Origin: an uncultured Alphaproteobacteria bacterium
GTDB lineage: Bacteria; Pseudomonadota; Alphaproteobacteria; Rhizobiales; Aestuariivirgaceae
NCBI GenBank assembly: GCA_963754675.1
Contig: CAVWHD010000026.1
Coordinates: 199,298-263,297 of the forward strand
Direction: 5' to 3'
Length of the DNA: 64,000 nucleotides
Below are positions 8,051 through 17,137 of the stretch, one piece after another. The notes beneath the pieces are model-generated. The model ran no database searches. It was not told the origin of the DNA and saw only the letters and a list, made by a program, of their open reading frames with translations. The position numbers and the translations under genes are program-made. Every line of letters starts with the position of its first letter. The first letter of the stretch is position 1.

Positions 8051-8762
8051 CTCTCCTCCCCATCATGACGGCCGAGTAGATCACGAGTCCGGCGCAAAGC
8101 AAATGAAAGAGATTGAACGGACCCGCCAGCGCCGCATAGGGCTTGAGGAACTCCCACAGGAAGCGCTGGCCGCCATAGAAGAGAACCAGGAGATAGAAGC
8201 CATTGGCCATGAAGAAGGGCTGGCGCCGCCCGATCAGAACCAGCGCCGCCAGCAGAAATCCGGTCATGGCAAAGGACTCGTAGAGCTGCACCGGATGGCG
8301 CAAAACGCCGTCGCCAAAATCATGGGCCCAGGGAACCGCCGTGGGTGAGCCATAGGTGTGATCCTCGACGCCGGAGAGAAAACAGCCCCACCGCCCCACC
8401 GCCACGCTGGTGGCAAAGGCCGGAACGAAGATGAGTCCGGTCGATCCCTTGAGCCCGCGCAGATACTTGAAGAGTTCAACCGCGGCTATGGCCCCGGCCA
8501 GCGCCCCCACAATCGACCGTCCGATGCCCGGAAGCCCGGTCAGCCACAGATTGAGGGTTCCCGCGCCATAGCCACCAGCCACCGCGCCCGCCACCAGTGC
8601 CAGGCCGTAGAGGGTCCCCGCCTGCTCGATCCGCAAGGCCGCCCCGGCAAGCCGCCAGCGATAGACGGCGAAGGTCATCGCCATGGCGGGAGGCGCAAGG
8701 CTCGGAGAATGTGGAAAATCATTTCGCCATGGCACAAAGATACTCGTGAATGCCTTCATCAT
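8031..8762 (-). CDS. Divergent prolipoprotein diacylglyceryl transferase (Lgt)-family membrane protein
   Basis: GRWGCFLSG, RHPVQLYES and FYGGQRFLWEFLK motifs. Start uncertain: ATG 8722 (MIFHIL) is out of frame and may be the true start with an indel. Confidence 0.8.
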   Translation of the reverse strand: MMKAFTSIFVPWRNDFPHSPSLAPPAMAMTFAVYRWRLAGAALRIEQAGTLYGLALVAGAVAGGYGAGTLNLWLTGLPGIGRSIVGALAGAIAAVELFKYLRGLKGSTGLIFVPAFATSVAVGRWGCFLSGVEDHTYGSPTAVPWAHDFGDGVLRHPVQLYESFAMTGFLLAALVLIGRRQPFFMANGFYLLVLFYGGQRFLWEFLKPYAALAGPFNLFHLLCAGLVIYSAVMMGRRDERTRP

Positions 8763-8805
8763 CCCCCTGCCCCTTGCGATCGGATGCACACAATTTCCCA
8801 AGTGC

Positions 8806-8953
8806 CGTCATTCCGGCAAAGGCGTGTTTTGCGAAGCAAAACAATAGCCCTTTATCCGGCAACCCAGCCTAGGGCGGTTGCCGCAATGACAGAAAGCTGG
8901 GTTCCAGATCGCTCGCTTCCGTTTGCTTCGCAAACAGTCGAGCTGGAATGACG
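8806..8953. repeat. CGTC-tagged REPIN-like inverted pair with nested hairpins
   Basis: CGTCATTCCGGC...CCGGCAACCCAGC and GCTGGGTTCCAG...CTGGAATGACG; internal GTTTTGCGAAGCAAAAC and GTTTGCTTCGCAAAC hairpins. Confidence 0.7.
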
Positions 8954-11202
8954 GCGAGGAGTTCGCTGTGCATGCGATAGCCCCCTTGGGGGGGAGATGC
9001 CAAAGCATGACGTAGGTTTGCCCCGACCCGCGCATCCGTCTTGCAATGCCCAGAGAAGATGCCGGGTCCAGCTTCCGGCCATGATGAGAGGGAGGTGTCG
9101 ATGCCGATGTCGGCTAAGCTACACTGATAGTCGAGCGCGTCCTTGATGATTTTTTGCAGTTCTTCGCGGCGGTAGGGCTTCATGATGATGAAGCCCTCGC
9201 GAAAGCGCGGCTCTTCCTGGTGCACCATGGCGCCCTTGGGATAGCCCGATGTGTGCACCACCTTGAGATCGGGGCGGATGCCGCGCGCGGCCTGGGCGAG
9301 GTCAAAGCCGTTGAGGCCGCCGGGCATCACCACGTCGGAGAACATCAGCTCGATATCGGGATTTTCCTGGAGCCTGGCCAGGGCCTGCAAGCCGTCTTCG
9401 GCTTCGACGATGTCGTAGCCGAAATCCTCGAGAAACCCGCACGCCACCGCCCGCACCGCCTCCTGGTCTTCGACAACCAGGATTTTGAACTTGCGTGGAG
9501 GTGCCGCGGCCACCGGCTCGCTTGTAACTTGTTCCGGCTCGGCGGCGGGCGGAGCATCGAGGCCGGCCACATCGGGGACCTCCTCGCCTTCCGCGAAACT
9601 GCGCGGCAGATACATCTTGATCGCGGTGCCGTGGCCCACTTCGCTGTAGACGTTGATGTGGCCGCCCGACTGCTTGATGAAGCCATAGACCATGGCGAGG
9701 CCTAGCCCTGAGCCCTTGCCCTGCTCCTTGGTGGTGAAGAACGGCTGGAAGACTTTTTCCAGGAGCTCCGGCGCCATGCCGGTGCCGGTGTCGGACACCG
9801 CCACCATCACGTAATGGCCGGGGAGCACTTCCGGATATTTTGCCGCGTAAGCCTGGTCGAGATAGACCGGCTGGGTCTCGATGGTCAGCAAGCCGCCCTT
9901 CGGCATGGCGTCGCGGGCGTTGATCGCCAAATTGAGGATCGAGGATTCAAGCTGCGATGGATCGATGACGGCCTTGGGCTCGCCCGCCATCGCATCGACC
10001 TTGAGCTGAATGGTCTCGCCGATCGACCGCGAGATCAAGGGTGCTATGCCCTTGACCATGTCGTTGACCAGGACCTCGCGCGGCTCGAGCACCTGCTTGC
10101 GGGCGAAGGCCAGCATCTGGCGGGTCAGGTCCGAACCCTTATTCGCCGCGTCGATCGCTTCGCCCAGGCGGCGCGCGCTGCGATCGTCGGTCACCAGTTT
10201 GCCTTCGAGCAGTTGCAGATTGCCGATGATGATGGTGAGCAGATTGTTGAAATCATGGGCAAGGCCGCCGGTCATCTGGCCGATCGCTTCCATCTTCTGG
10301 GCCTGCTGCAACTGCTTGGCCGCCTGCTTGCGCTCGCTGATATCGGCGACCTGCACGATCAGTTGCTCGATCTGGCCTTCGTCGTTGCGCACCAGCGCCA
10401 CGCTGGTGGAGCCGTCCTTGCTGCGCGAGGCCTCGTCGGTGAAGCGGAAATCCTGGCGGATCGAATTGACGTTTCCCTTGATCAGCTCGCTCATGCTGGC
10501 GAGGAACGGGCCGCGGTCCTCCGGGTGCAGAACTTCGTCGAGTGTGACGCCTTGCCTGGCATCACCGGCCTTGCCGAGAAAATCCCAGAATGCGCTGTTG
10601 GCCAGGGTGATCTCGCCCAGGGGAGAGACCAATGCCATGCCATGCGGCGCCGATTCGAAGGCGCCGCGGAAGCGCTGATCGTCGACTACCGTGACCGGCG
10701 AGGCCACATTGATCGAGATGGGCTCGTCCAGCATGCAGACCGAGCGCTCGATGCGGCCCTTGTCGCCGCGATAGGCGTTCATCGACAGCAGCACCTGCAT
10801 GGTCGATCCGTCGCGGCGCACGACAGTGACGATCTCGTCGCGGCAAACCCCGCTCTGCAGATAGGCGGGATAGACCTGCTGGACCAGCCGGGCCCGCGAT
10901 TCAGCCGTGAGAAAGTCGTTGAAGGCGCGGCCCTTCACGTCTTCGGCGGTGTAGCCCAGCGTCTCCGCCCAGCGCTTGTTGATCGAGGTGAGCCGCCCGC
11001 CGCCATCCATGCAATGCAGCATGACCGGCAGGTTGAGCAGCAGAAGTTCGTAGACCTTGCCGTTCTGATCGGGAAAGAACGGCACATAGTTGTCATGGGT
11101 GACCTGTGGCCGCTCGATCTTCCAGGCGGGTCCGCTCTGGCGGAGTTCGTCCCAGCCGGTGAACGGCTGATTGAGGCTGGAAGTATTGATCGAAGCGGTC
11201 AT
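8869..11202 (-). CDS. Cytoplasmic hybrid histidine kinase (PAS-PAS-HisKA-HATPase-REC), CckA-like H box
   Basis: [39 protein letters not shown], receiver KILVVED...FSDVVMPGG. The last ~80 codons run through repeats; the true stop is probably TAG at 9114 after one indel. Confidence 0.9.
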   Translation of the reverse strand: MTASINTSSLNQPFTGWDELRQSGPAWKIERPQVTHDNYVPFFPDQNGKVYELLLLNLPVMLHCMDGGGRLTSINKRWAETLGYTAEDVKGRAFNDFLTAESRARLVQQVYPAYLQSGVCRDEIVTVVRRDGSTMQVLLSMNAYRGDKGRIERSVCMLDEPISINVASPVTVVDDQRFRGAFESAPHGMALVSPLGEITLANSAFWDFLGKAGDARQGVTLDEVLHPEDRGPFLASMSELIKGNVNSIRQDFRFTDEASRSKDGSTSVALVRNDEGQIEQLIVQVADISERKQAAKQLQQAQKMEAIGQMTGGLAHDFNNLLTIIIGNLQLLEGKLVTDDRSARRLGEAIDAANKGSDLTRQMLAFARKQVLEPREVLVNDMVKGIAPLISRSIGETIQLKVDAMAGEPKAVIDPSQLESSILNLAINARDAMPKGGLLTIETQPVYLDQAYAAKYPEVLPGHYVMVAVSDTGTGMAPELLEKVFQPFFTTKEQGKGSGLGLAMVYGFIKQSGGHINVYSEVGHGTAIKMYLPRSFAEGEEVPDVAGLDAPPAAEPEQVTSEPVAAAPPRKFKILVVEDQEAVRAVACGFLEDFGYDIVEAEDGLQALARLQENPDIELMFSDVVMPGGLNGFDLAQAARGIRPDLKVVHTSGYPKGAMVHQEEPRFREGFIIMKPYRREELQKIIKDALDYQCSLADIGIDTSLSSWPEAGPGIFSGHCKTDARVGANLRHALASPPQGGYRMHSELLAVIPARLFAKQTEASDLEPSFLSLRQPP

Positions 11203-11324
11203 GCGGGTGGCCTTTTAGTCGAAACTTACCATCATGATTATCGGCACCGCGGTTAACGGAGCCTTGCCAGACCCGCCCAAATTGACAGCGGCCGCAAAAC
11301 TTAACCGCAACGATTGGCCTATGC

Positions 11325-11339
11325 TTAAGCAGGGGTTAA
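11325..11339. promoter_or_regulatory. CtrA-type binding site TTAA-N7-TTAA upstream of the hybrid kinase
   Basis: TTAAGCAGGGGTTAA, with extra half-sites GTTAAC (~11252) and TTAACC (11301). Confidence 0.65.
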
Positions 11340-11375
11340 TGGCGAAGCACCACAAATTCTGGCGGCTCGGAGTTC

Positions 11376-11543
11376 ATCGCCCTCCCCCGTCCCGGACTTG
11401 CTCCGGGATGGGAGAGGGTGCCCGACAGGGCGGGTGAGGGCCCTCTATCCGCCTGGCGGTCGCCGGCTCCATTGAAAGAAAGAGCCCTCATCCCCCTTAG
11501 GGACCTTCTCCCATCCCGGAAGTCCGGGACGGGAGAAGGCGCA
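11376..11543. repeat. Left REPIN-like unit flanking the DUF559 gene (CCCTC.CCC/GGGAGAGGG family)
   Basis: GCCCTCCCCCGTCCCGG...GGGAGAGGGTGCCCGACAGGGCGGGTGAGGGC plus the inverted GCCCTCATCC...CCTTCTCCCATCCCGGAAGTCCGGGACGGGAGAAGGC. Confidence 0.85.
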
Positions 11544-11590
11544 ATCGTTGGGGGCTTGTGTCCGGAGTTGCTGTCCATCATTCTGAGGCG

Positions 11591-11951
11591 ATGGCATATG
11601 TCGTTCCCAGGCGGCTGAAGCGTGCTCGTTCACTCCGCAGGAATGATATCAGCGGCCGAACAGCGATTATGGGAGTTGCTGCGCAACCGGAGACTCAATG
11701 GCTGGAAGTTTGTGCGGCAGCTGGCGATCGGGCGCTACGTCGCGGATTTCGTCTGCCGTGAGCGCAAGCTGGTTGTGGAAGTCGACGGCGCCACCCATTC
11801 GACGGATGCAGAATTGAAGCACGATATGGAGCGCACAGCGTTTCTTCAATCCAACGGTTTTCACGTCTTGCGGTTCTGGAACGAAGACGTCTTCACCAGC
11901 TTGAGCGATGTGCTCGACCGCATCCTGATGGAACTGGAAAGCGGGGTATGA
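11591..11951 (+). CDS. DUF559 / Vsr-like PD-(D/E)XK endonuclease (one +1 frameshift at ~11648)
   Basis: MAYVVPRRLKRARSLRRN | SAAEQRLWELLRNRRLNGWKFVRQ...YVADFVCRERKLVVEVDGATH...GFHVLRFWN. Confidence 0.85.
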
Positions 11952-11971
11952 AAGCGGGCGGAACAGAAATT

Positions 11972-12133
11972 ATCGCCCTCTCCCGTGCGGCACGCATGGG
12001 AGAGGGTGCCCGATAGGGCGGGTGAGGGCCCTCTCTCCGCGTGGCAGCCTCTGAGTTTGTTGCACGAAAGAGCCCTCATCCGGCCTATCGGCCACCTTCT
12101 CCCATCCCGGAAGGCCGGGACGGGAGAAGGCGC
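11972..12133. repeat. Right REPIN-like unit flanking the DUF559 gene (direct repeat of the left unit)
   Basis: ATCGCCCTCTCCCGTG...GGGAGAGGGTGCCCGATAGGGCGGGTGAGGGCCCTCT and GAAAGAGCCCTCATCC...CCTTCTCCCATCCCGGAAGGCCGGGACGGGAGAAGGCGC. Confidence 0.85.
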
Positions 12134-12218
12134 GTTGAGTAACGATCGCCGTGCAGGGGGGTGAGGCAGCGGCAGTTACGATGGCGAACAAGTGAGACTC
12201 ACTCACCGGCCATTCGCA

Positions 12219-14205
12219 TCACATATTCGGCCGCCCAAAGGCTTCCGCCCGGATTGTTGCTCCCAGCAGGCCGTTGTCGTCGGCGGCGCCGGGCAGCAGA
12301 TGTTTTTCCACCCGCAAGGTGACCTGCGGGGCCTCGGCACCCAGGGTTTCGACCGCTGCAAGTGCGCGCACTGCGCGCGGTTTCCTCGGCGGCGGCAAGT
12401 GCGGCGGCGGCACTGGTGTGCACACTCACTCCGGCAGGCCCATGGACGCGGAAGATGCCGCTGCCGTCGCCCTCGACGCTCACCATGACCGACTGTGCCA
12501 CCACCCCGGTGGCGGCTCCCACCGCATTGGCGACATCGAAGAATGGCGGGAAGATCGTTTCGCAGGAAAGCCGTGCGCCCACTTCGTTGTAGAAAACCTT
12601 GACCGGACCGCCAACCGCCACGATCGGCAGCAGGGGGGAAATACGGATGCCGGCAAGCCCGAACTTTGCCGCGCCCGAGCACACCGCATCGATCAGCGGA
12701 TTGGCGGGGAACGACTGGCCCAACGCCGTATCGACAACAACCCGGCAGCTCCGCGCAACCGTTTCGCTCCACACTTCGCGGCAGAAGGCCTCGACCCGGG
12801 CGTTGTCGCCTGCCCGCATGTCGCGGAACCGCACCATCAGGCGGGCGGCGAGCCGGGCGGCCTCGCCGGGCCAATTCGATTGCAGGCCCAGCACATGGGC
12901 GGCATCCGACGGCGTGAAGCCCCCGGTCTGCACCAGCCCCTTGCGCTTGAGGGAGGCTAGCGCCCGCTGGGCCGCCGACGACAGCGCGATCTTGGCGGTG
13001 GGCCGCGGCCGTTCGCCCACCTGGTCGAGAAGATCGCGTTCGCGCGCGCTGAGTTCGGAGGGAAGTGCGGTTGTGGCCGAGCCGAAAGGCCGCAGCACGA
13101 ATTTGCCGTGCATGGAGCCGCCTTCGGTGTCGGCGAGATCGGCCTCCAGCATGGCGATGACTTCCGGATAGCGCGAGGCCAGCAGCGAAATGGGTGCAAC
13201 CCGCTGCGGTCCCACGCTGAGCTTGCCGCCCACCCCGATGGCAATCTCGCTGTCGCCGCCAAGGCCTATGGTTTTCACATCGATCGCCTTCACCATGGTG
13301 CGCCAGCCGCCAACCTCCGCGCCCTCCTCGGCAATGCGTGGGCGGCCATCGGCGAGAACGCCCAGATCGGTGGTGGTGCCGCCCATGTCGGACATGATGA
13401 AGTCGCGCCGCCCGCACAGCCACGAAGCCCCCACCAGACTGGCGGCGGGACCCGAGAGCACAGTCTCGATGGGTCTGAGCGCCACCCGCTCCGCCAGCGC
13501 CAGGGTGCCGTCGCCCTTGACGATCATCAGCGGGCAGTGGATGCCGAGCTGCGCCATCGAGCGTTTGACCGCGTCGATCAGGGTTGAGACCCGCGAGATC
13601 AGCCTGGCATTGAGCACCGCCGTGAGCGCCCGCCGGGGTGCGTCGAGCGACGATGTGAGTTCGGTCGAAAGCGTTGCCGGTTTCCCCGTGAGGCGCACGA
13701 TCAGATCGCGCGCCGCCACCTCGTGAGCCGGATTGCGCACCGCGAAGGCCGAGGCGATGGCGAAGGCATCGACCGCCATGGTGGCCACGGCTGCTTGCAG
13801 CCCGTTGAGGTCGAGGGGCAGCAGCGCCTCGCCGCTGTGATCGTGGCCGCCCGCGATGATGGCGACCGGCATGCCGGGAAACGCCTTGGCGATGCCGGTG
13901 CGCGCCGCCATGGCTGCATCGAAGCCGATGAGGATGACGCCCACGGCACTTCCATGGCCTTCGACCACCGCATTGGTGGCGAGCGTCGTCGACACCGAGA
14001 CCAGCGAAATATCCTGGGGCCTGAGGCCCAGCGGCAGCGAGGCGATTGCCTCGGTGATAGCCCCGGTCACCCCGATCGCCAGATCGCCCTTGGTGGTGAT
14101 CGCCTTGGCCGAGGCGATGACCCTGTGACCGTCGGCCTCGATCACCGCCGCATCCGTATAGGTGCCGCCGGTATCGACGCCGATGAGATAGGCCGCTGCC
14201 GTCAT
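12219..14205 (-). CDS. Hydantoinase/oxoprolinase family protein (frameshift at ~12366)
   Basis: IGVDTGGTYTDA, SVSTTLATNAVVEG, SGPAAS, DMGGTTTD, IGLGGDS. The C-terminus continues in the 12219..12425 frame. Confidence 0.9.
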
Positions 14206-14274
14206 GCTGCCGCATGTACGACGAAAGATCGCCCGCCGTCTACGCGCTTGCGTTTCTCGCTCAGCTGCCGCCGC

Positions 14275-15255
14275 CTACCGGTTCAGCGAGACCATCGACG
14301 ACGCCTGATAGCGCTCTCCGGCTGCTGCTCCCGGCGGGAACATTTGCGAGAGCCGGTCGAGGTCGGCTTTCGTCAGCTTGATTTCGGCGGCGGCGGCATT
14401 GTCTTCCAGATGCTTGCGCTTCTTGGTGCCGGGGATTGCCACGATGTCATCGCCCTGCGCCATCACCCAGGCGAGCGCCAACTGCGCTGGCTTGACCTTT
14501 TTGTCGCTCGCGAGTTTTTCCAGCTCGCGCAAGAGCACCAGATTGCGATTGAGATTTTCGCCCTGAAAGCGCGGCGTGTTGCGGCGGTAGTCCTTCTCTT
14601 CAAGACTGCCGGTGTCCTTGATGGCGCCGGTGAGAAAACCCCGGCCCAACGGACTGTAGGGCACAAAGCCGATGCCGAGCTTGCGGATTGCCGGAAGAAT
14701 TTCGGCTTCCACGTCGCGCGTCCACAGCGAATACTCCGTCTGCAGCGCCGTGATCGCATGCACTTTATGGGCCCGCGCGACGGTCTTGGCCGATGCTTCC
14801 GAAAGACCGAGATAGCGGACTTTTCCCGCCTTCACCAGATCGGCCATGGCGCCGACCGTCTCCTCGATCGGCACATTGGCGTCGACGCGGTGCTGGTAGT
14901 AGAGATCGATCACTTCGATGCCGAGATTCGCGAGGCTTTCGTCGCAACACTTGCGCACGTAGTCCGGCTTGCCGTTGACGCCGAGAAATTCGCCGTTGGG
15001 TCCGCGCATGTTGCCGAACTTGGTGGCGACCACGAACTTTTCACGCTTGCCCTTGATGGCGCGGCCCACCAGCCTTTCGTTGACGCCCATCGCATACATG
15101 TCGGCGGTGTCGAGAAAATTGATGCCGAGCTCAAGGGCACGGTGAATGGTGGCGATCGATTCCGCATCGTCGCGCCCGCCATAGAACTCCGACATGCCCA
15201 TGCAGCCGAGCCCCAGCGCTGAGACTTCCAACGACCCAAGTTTGCGTGCGCGCAT
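14275..15255 (-). CDS. Aldo/keto reductase
   Basis: [45 protein letters not shown]. Confidence 0.95.
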   Translation of the reverse strand: MRARKLGSLEVSALGLGCMGMSEFYGGRDDAESIATIHRALELGINFLDTADMYAMGVNERLVGRAIKGKREKFVVATKFGNMRGPNGEFLGVNGKPDYVRKCCDESLANLGIEVIDLYYQHRVDANVPIEETVGAMADLVKAGKVRYLGLSEASAKTVARAHKVHAITALQTEYSLWTRDVEAEILPAIRKLGIGFVPYSPLGRGFLTGAIKDTGSLEEKDYRRNTPRFQGENLNRNLVLLRELEKLASDKKVKPAQLALAWVMAQGDDIVAIPGTKKRKHLEDNAAAAEIKLTKADLDRLSQMFPPGAAAGERYQASSMVSLNR

Positions 15256-15385
15256 GATGGTGCTCCCGTGTGAATGGCCTCAGAATAGAGCAAGGCAGAG
15301 TCCGTGTACACTCCCGCATGCAGTCTCGTTATCCGGCCAGGGATTCTATGAAGAAACGATGGCATCGCCGTTTTGGACCAATAGT

Positions 15386-15480
15386 AGCGGGATGCCAGCT
15401 TTCGCTGGCAAGACGGGATGAGGAGGTGCATTAATTTGACTCACACTTTTCGTCTCCCCAGCGAAAGCTGGGGTCCCGCT
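15386..15480. repeat. Solo CGTC-REP doublet (GIY-YIG-associated family)
   Basis: AGCGGGATGCCAGCTTTCGCTGGCAAGACG (15386-15415) and CGTCTCCCCAGCGAAAGCTGGGGTCCCGCT (15451-15480). Confidence 0.9.
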
Positions 15481-15554
15481 TTTTTCCGCAATTTCGTTTT
15501 GGCTGGCCCCTAAGCCGATCTTTTCACAACCTCTTTTCCAGAGTGACGGAACTC

Positions 15555-15716
15555 TTGTATTATTTAGTTGTCGCCGCTTCGGCTACGGCGATGGTGGCGA
15601 TTGCCGTGGCCGACATGCGTACCATGGTGCTGGCCGAATCCGGTGTCACCCCGCGCCGGCCGGCCGATCAGGATGGGAATGATAAACCAGTGCTCCGGAT
15701 TTCAGGTCGCTGGTGA
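15555..15716 (+). CDS. Possible 53-aa small protein with a hydrophobic N-terminus
   Basis: TTG start after GACGGA; MYYLVVAASATAMVAIAVADMRTMVLAESG...RISGRW. Below the track length cutoff. Confidence 0.35.
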   Translation: MYYLVVAASATAMVAIAVADMRTMVLAESGVTPRRPADQDGNDKPVLRISGRW

Positions 15717-15882
15717 TGGACTGCGAAGACATGTGAAGCTCCCGTGGCAGGCTTTGCCCCTGAGGGTAATTCGGGCGGGAAAGCAATATGGATTGTGCGC
15801 CAACACGGGTTCACATGTCTCCACTTGGGTGAGCCCGCTTCCTCTGTTATCGTCAGGCGCGACCAACAGGATGGAGAATAGA

Positions 15883-16815
15883 ATGTTTTACGGCGAACCC
15901 GAGGGAACCGGATTTGAGGTTCTGGAACAGAAGTTCACCGCCTGCCTGATCGGCCATGCCCGGGTTGAGCGCCTGTGGACCGGCGGGCGCTGGCTCGAGG
16001 GGCCTGCCTGGTTTCCGGCCGGGCGCTATCTCGTCTGCTCCGACATCCCCAACAACCGCATGCTGCGCTACGATGAATGCGGTGGCTCGGTTTCGGTGTT
16101 CCGTCAGCCCAGCAACTATTCCAACGGCAACAGCGTCGATGGCCAGTACCGCTTGGTCACCTGCGAGCATGGCGCACGCCGGGTGAGCCGCACCGAGCAT
16201 GATGGCTCCGTCACGGTGATCGCCGATAAATACCAGGGCAAACGCCTCAATTCCCCCAACGACCTGGTGGTGAAGTCGGATGGTTCGATCTGGTTCACCG
16301 ATCCCCCTTACGGCATTCTCGCCGACTATGAAGGCGGCAAGGCCGAAGCGGAGATCGGCGCCAACAATGTCTACCGCGTCGATCCCGTCAGCGGCGCCAT
16401 CGAAGTTGTCGCCGGCGATTTCGACAAGCCCAATGGTCTCGCCTTTTCATTGGACGAGAAGTTCCTCTATGTCGCCGATACCGGCGCCAGCCACAAACCG
16501 GGCGGCAACAAGCATATCCGCCGTCTGGCCGTGGCCGCCGATGGCAAGTCGCTGGGGGCATCGAAAGTCTTCGCCGATTGCACCGCCGGTCTCTTCGACG
16601 GCTTCCGCCTCGACAGCGATGGCCGCATCTGGACCAGCGCCGCCGACGGCGTGCACTGCTATGACCCAGGTGGCACACTGATCGGCAAGATCAAAATCCC
16701 CGAACTGGTCTCCAACGTCTGCTTTGGCGGCCCGAAGCTGAACCGCCTCTTCATCTGCGGCACCACCTCGCTCTATTCCGCCTACCTCGCCATCAACGGG
16801 GTCAAGGGGAGGTAG
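15883..16815 (+). CDS. SMP-30/gluconolactonase/LRE family protein
   Basis: WLEGPAW, SDIPNNR, SNGN, LNSPNDL, PNGLAFS, DGFRLDSDGRIW, VSNVCFGG. SD GGAG before ATG 15883. Confidence 0.92.
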   Translation: MFYGEPEGTGFEVLEQKFTACLIGHARVERLWTGGRWLEGPAWFPAGRYLVCSDIPNNRMLRYDECGGSVSVFRQPSNYSNGNSVDGQYRLVTCEHGARRVSRTEHDGSVTVIADKYQGKRLNSPNDLVVKSDGSIWFTDPPYGILADYEGGKAEAEIGANNVYRVDPVSGAIEVVAGDFDKPNGLAFSLDEKFLYVADTGASHKPGGNKHIRRLAVAADGKSLGASKVFADCTAGLFDGFRLDSDGRIWTSAADGVHCYDPGGTLIGKIKIPELVSNVCFGGPKLNRLFICGTTSLYSAYLAINGVKGR

Positions 16816-16846
16816 GTAAGTCGATCGAAGTGCCAACCCTAACTAC

Positions 16847-16929
16847 CGTCCTGCCAGCGAAAGCTGGCACCCCGCTTTTTGCTTGAAATAGCGCAAGAAA
16901 GCGGGACCCCAGCGGGCGCTGGGGTGACG
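16847..16929. repeat. Solo CGTC-REP doublet, convergent orientation
   Basis: CGTCCTGCCAGCGAAAGCTGGCACCCCGCT (16847-16876) and AGCGGGACCCCAGCGGGCGCTGGGGTGACG (16900-16929). Confidence 0.85.
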
Positions 16930-17137
16930 GGTGGTTGAATGAGATAAGCCAACCTCGAAGTTCACGCCTTCGGCTAAATCCGATCCTGAATTCGCCGTAA
17001 TGCGGCGTCAGCAATGAGTGGTCCGTGAGGAGAATCCTTGTGGTGACGGCAGACCCCTTCCTTTCCACGACCTTGACTTATCGGCCCGCCACGGCATTCA
17101 TATGCTGGCGGGGGCGCACTTCCACGGCAGGAGAATC

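Noticed and set aside
8869-9113. C-terminal extension of the histidine kinase as a novel domain
   Set aside because: It translates repeat DNA; one indel near 9128 gives a normal stop at 9114.
9814-11256. 480-aa plus-strand ORF
   Set aside because: Antisense shadow of the histidine kinase; no recognisable motifs.
12203-15222. Long alternative ORFs 12203..14215 and 13723..15222
   Set aside because: Off-frame or antisense shadows of the hydantoinase and aldo-keto reductase genes; low-complexity R/G/A content.
15568-15882. 105-aa N-terminal extension of the gluconolactonase
   Set aside because: An SD-supported ATG at 15883 matches the family start; the upstream in-frame stretch shows no protein-like features.
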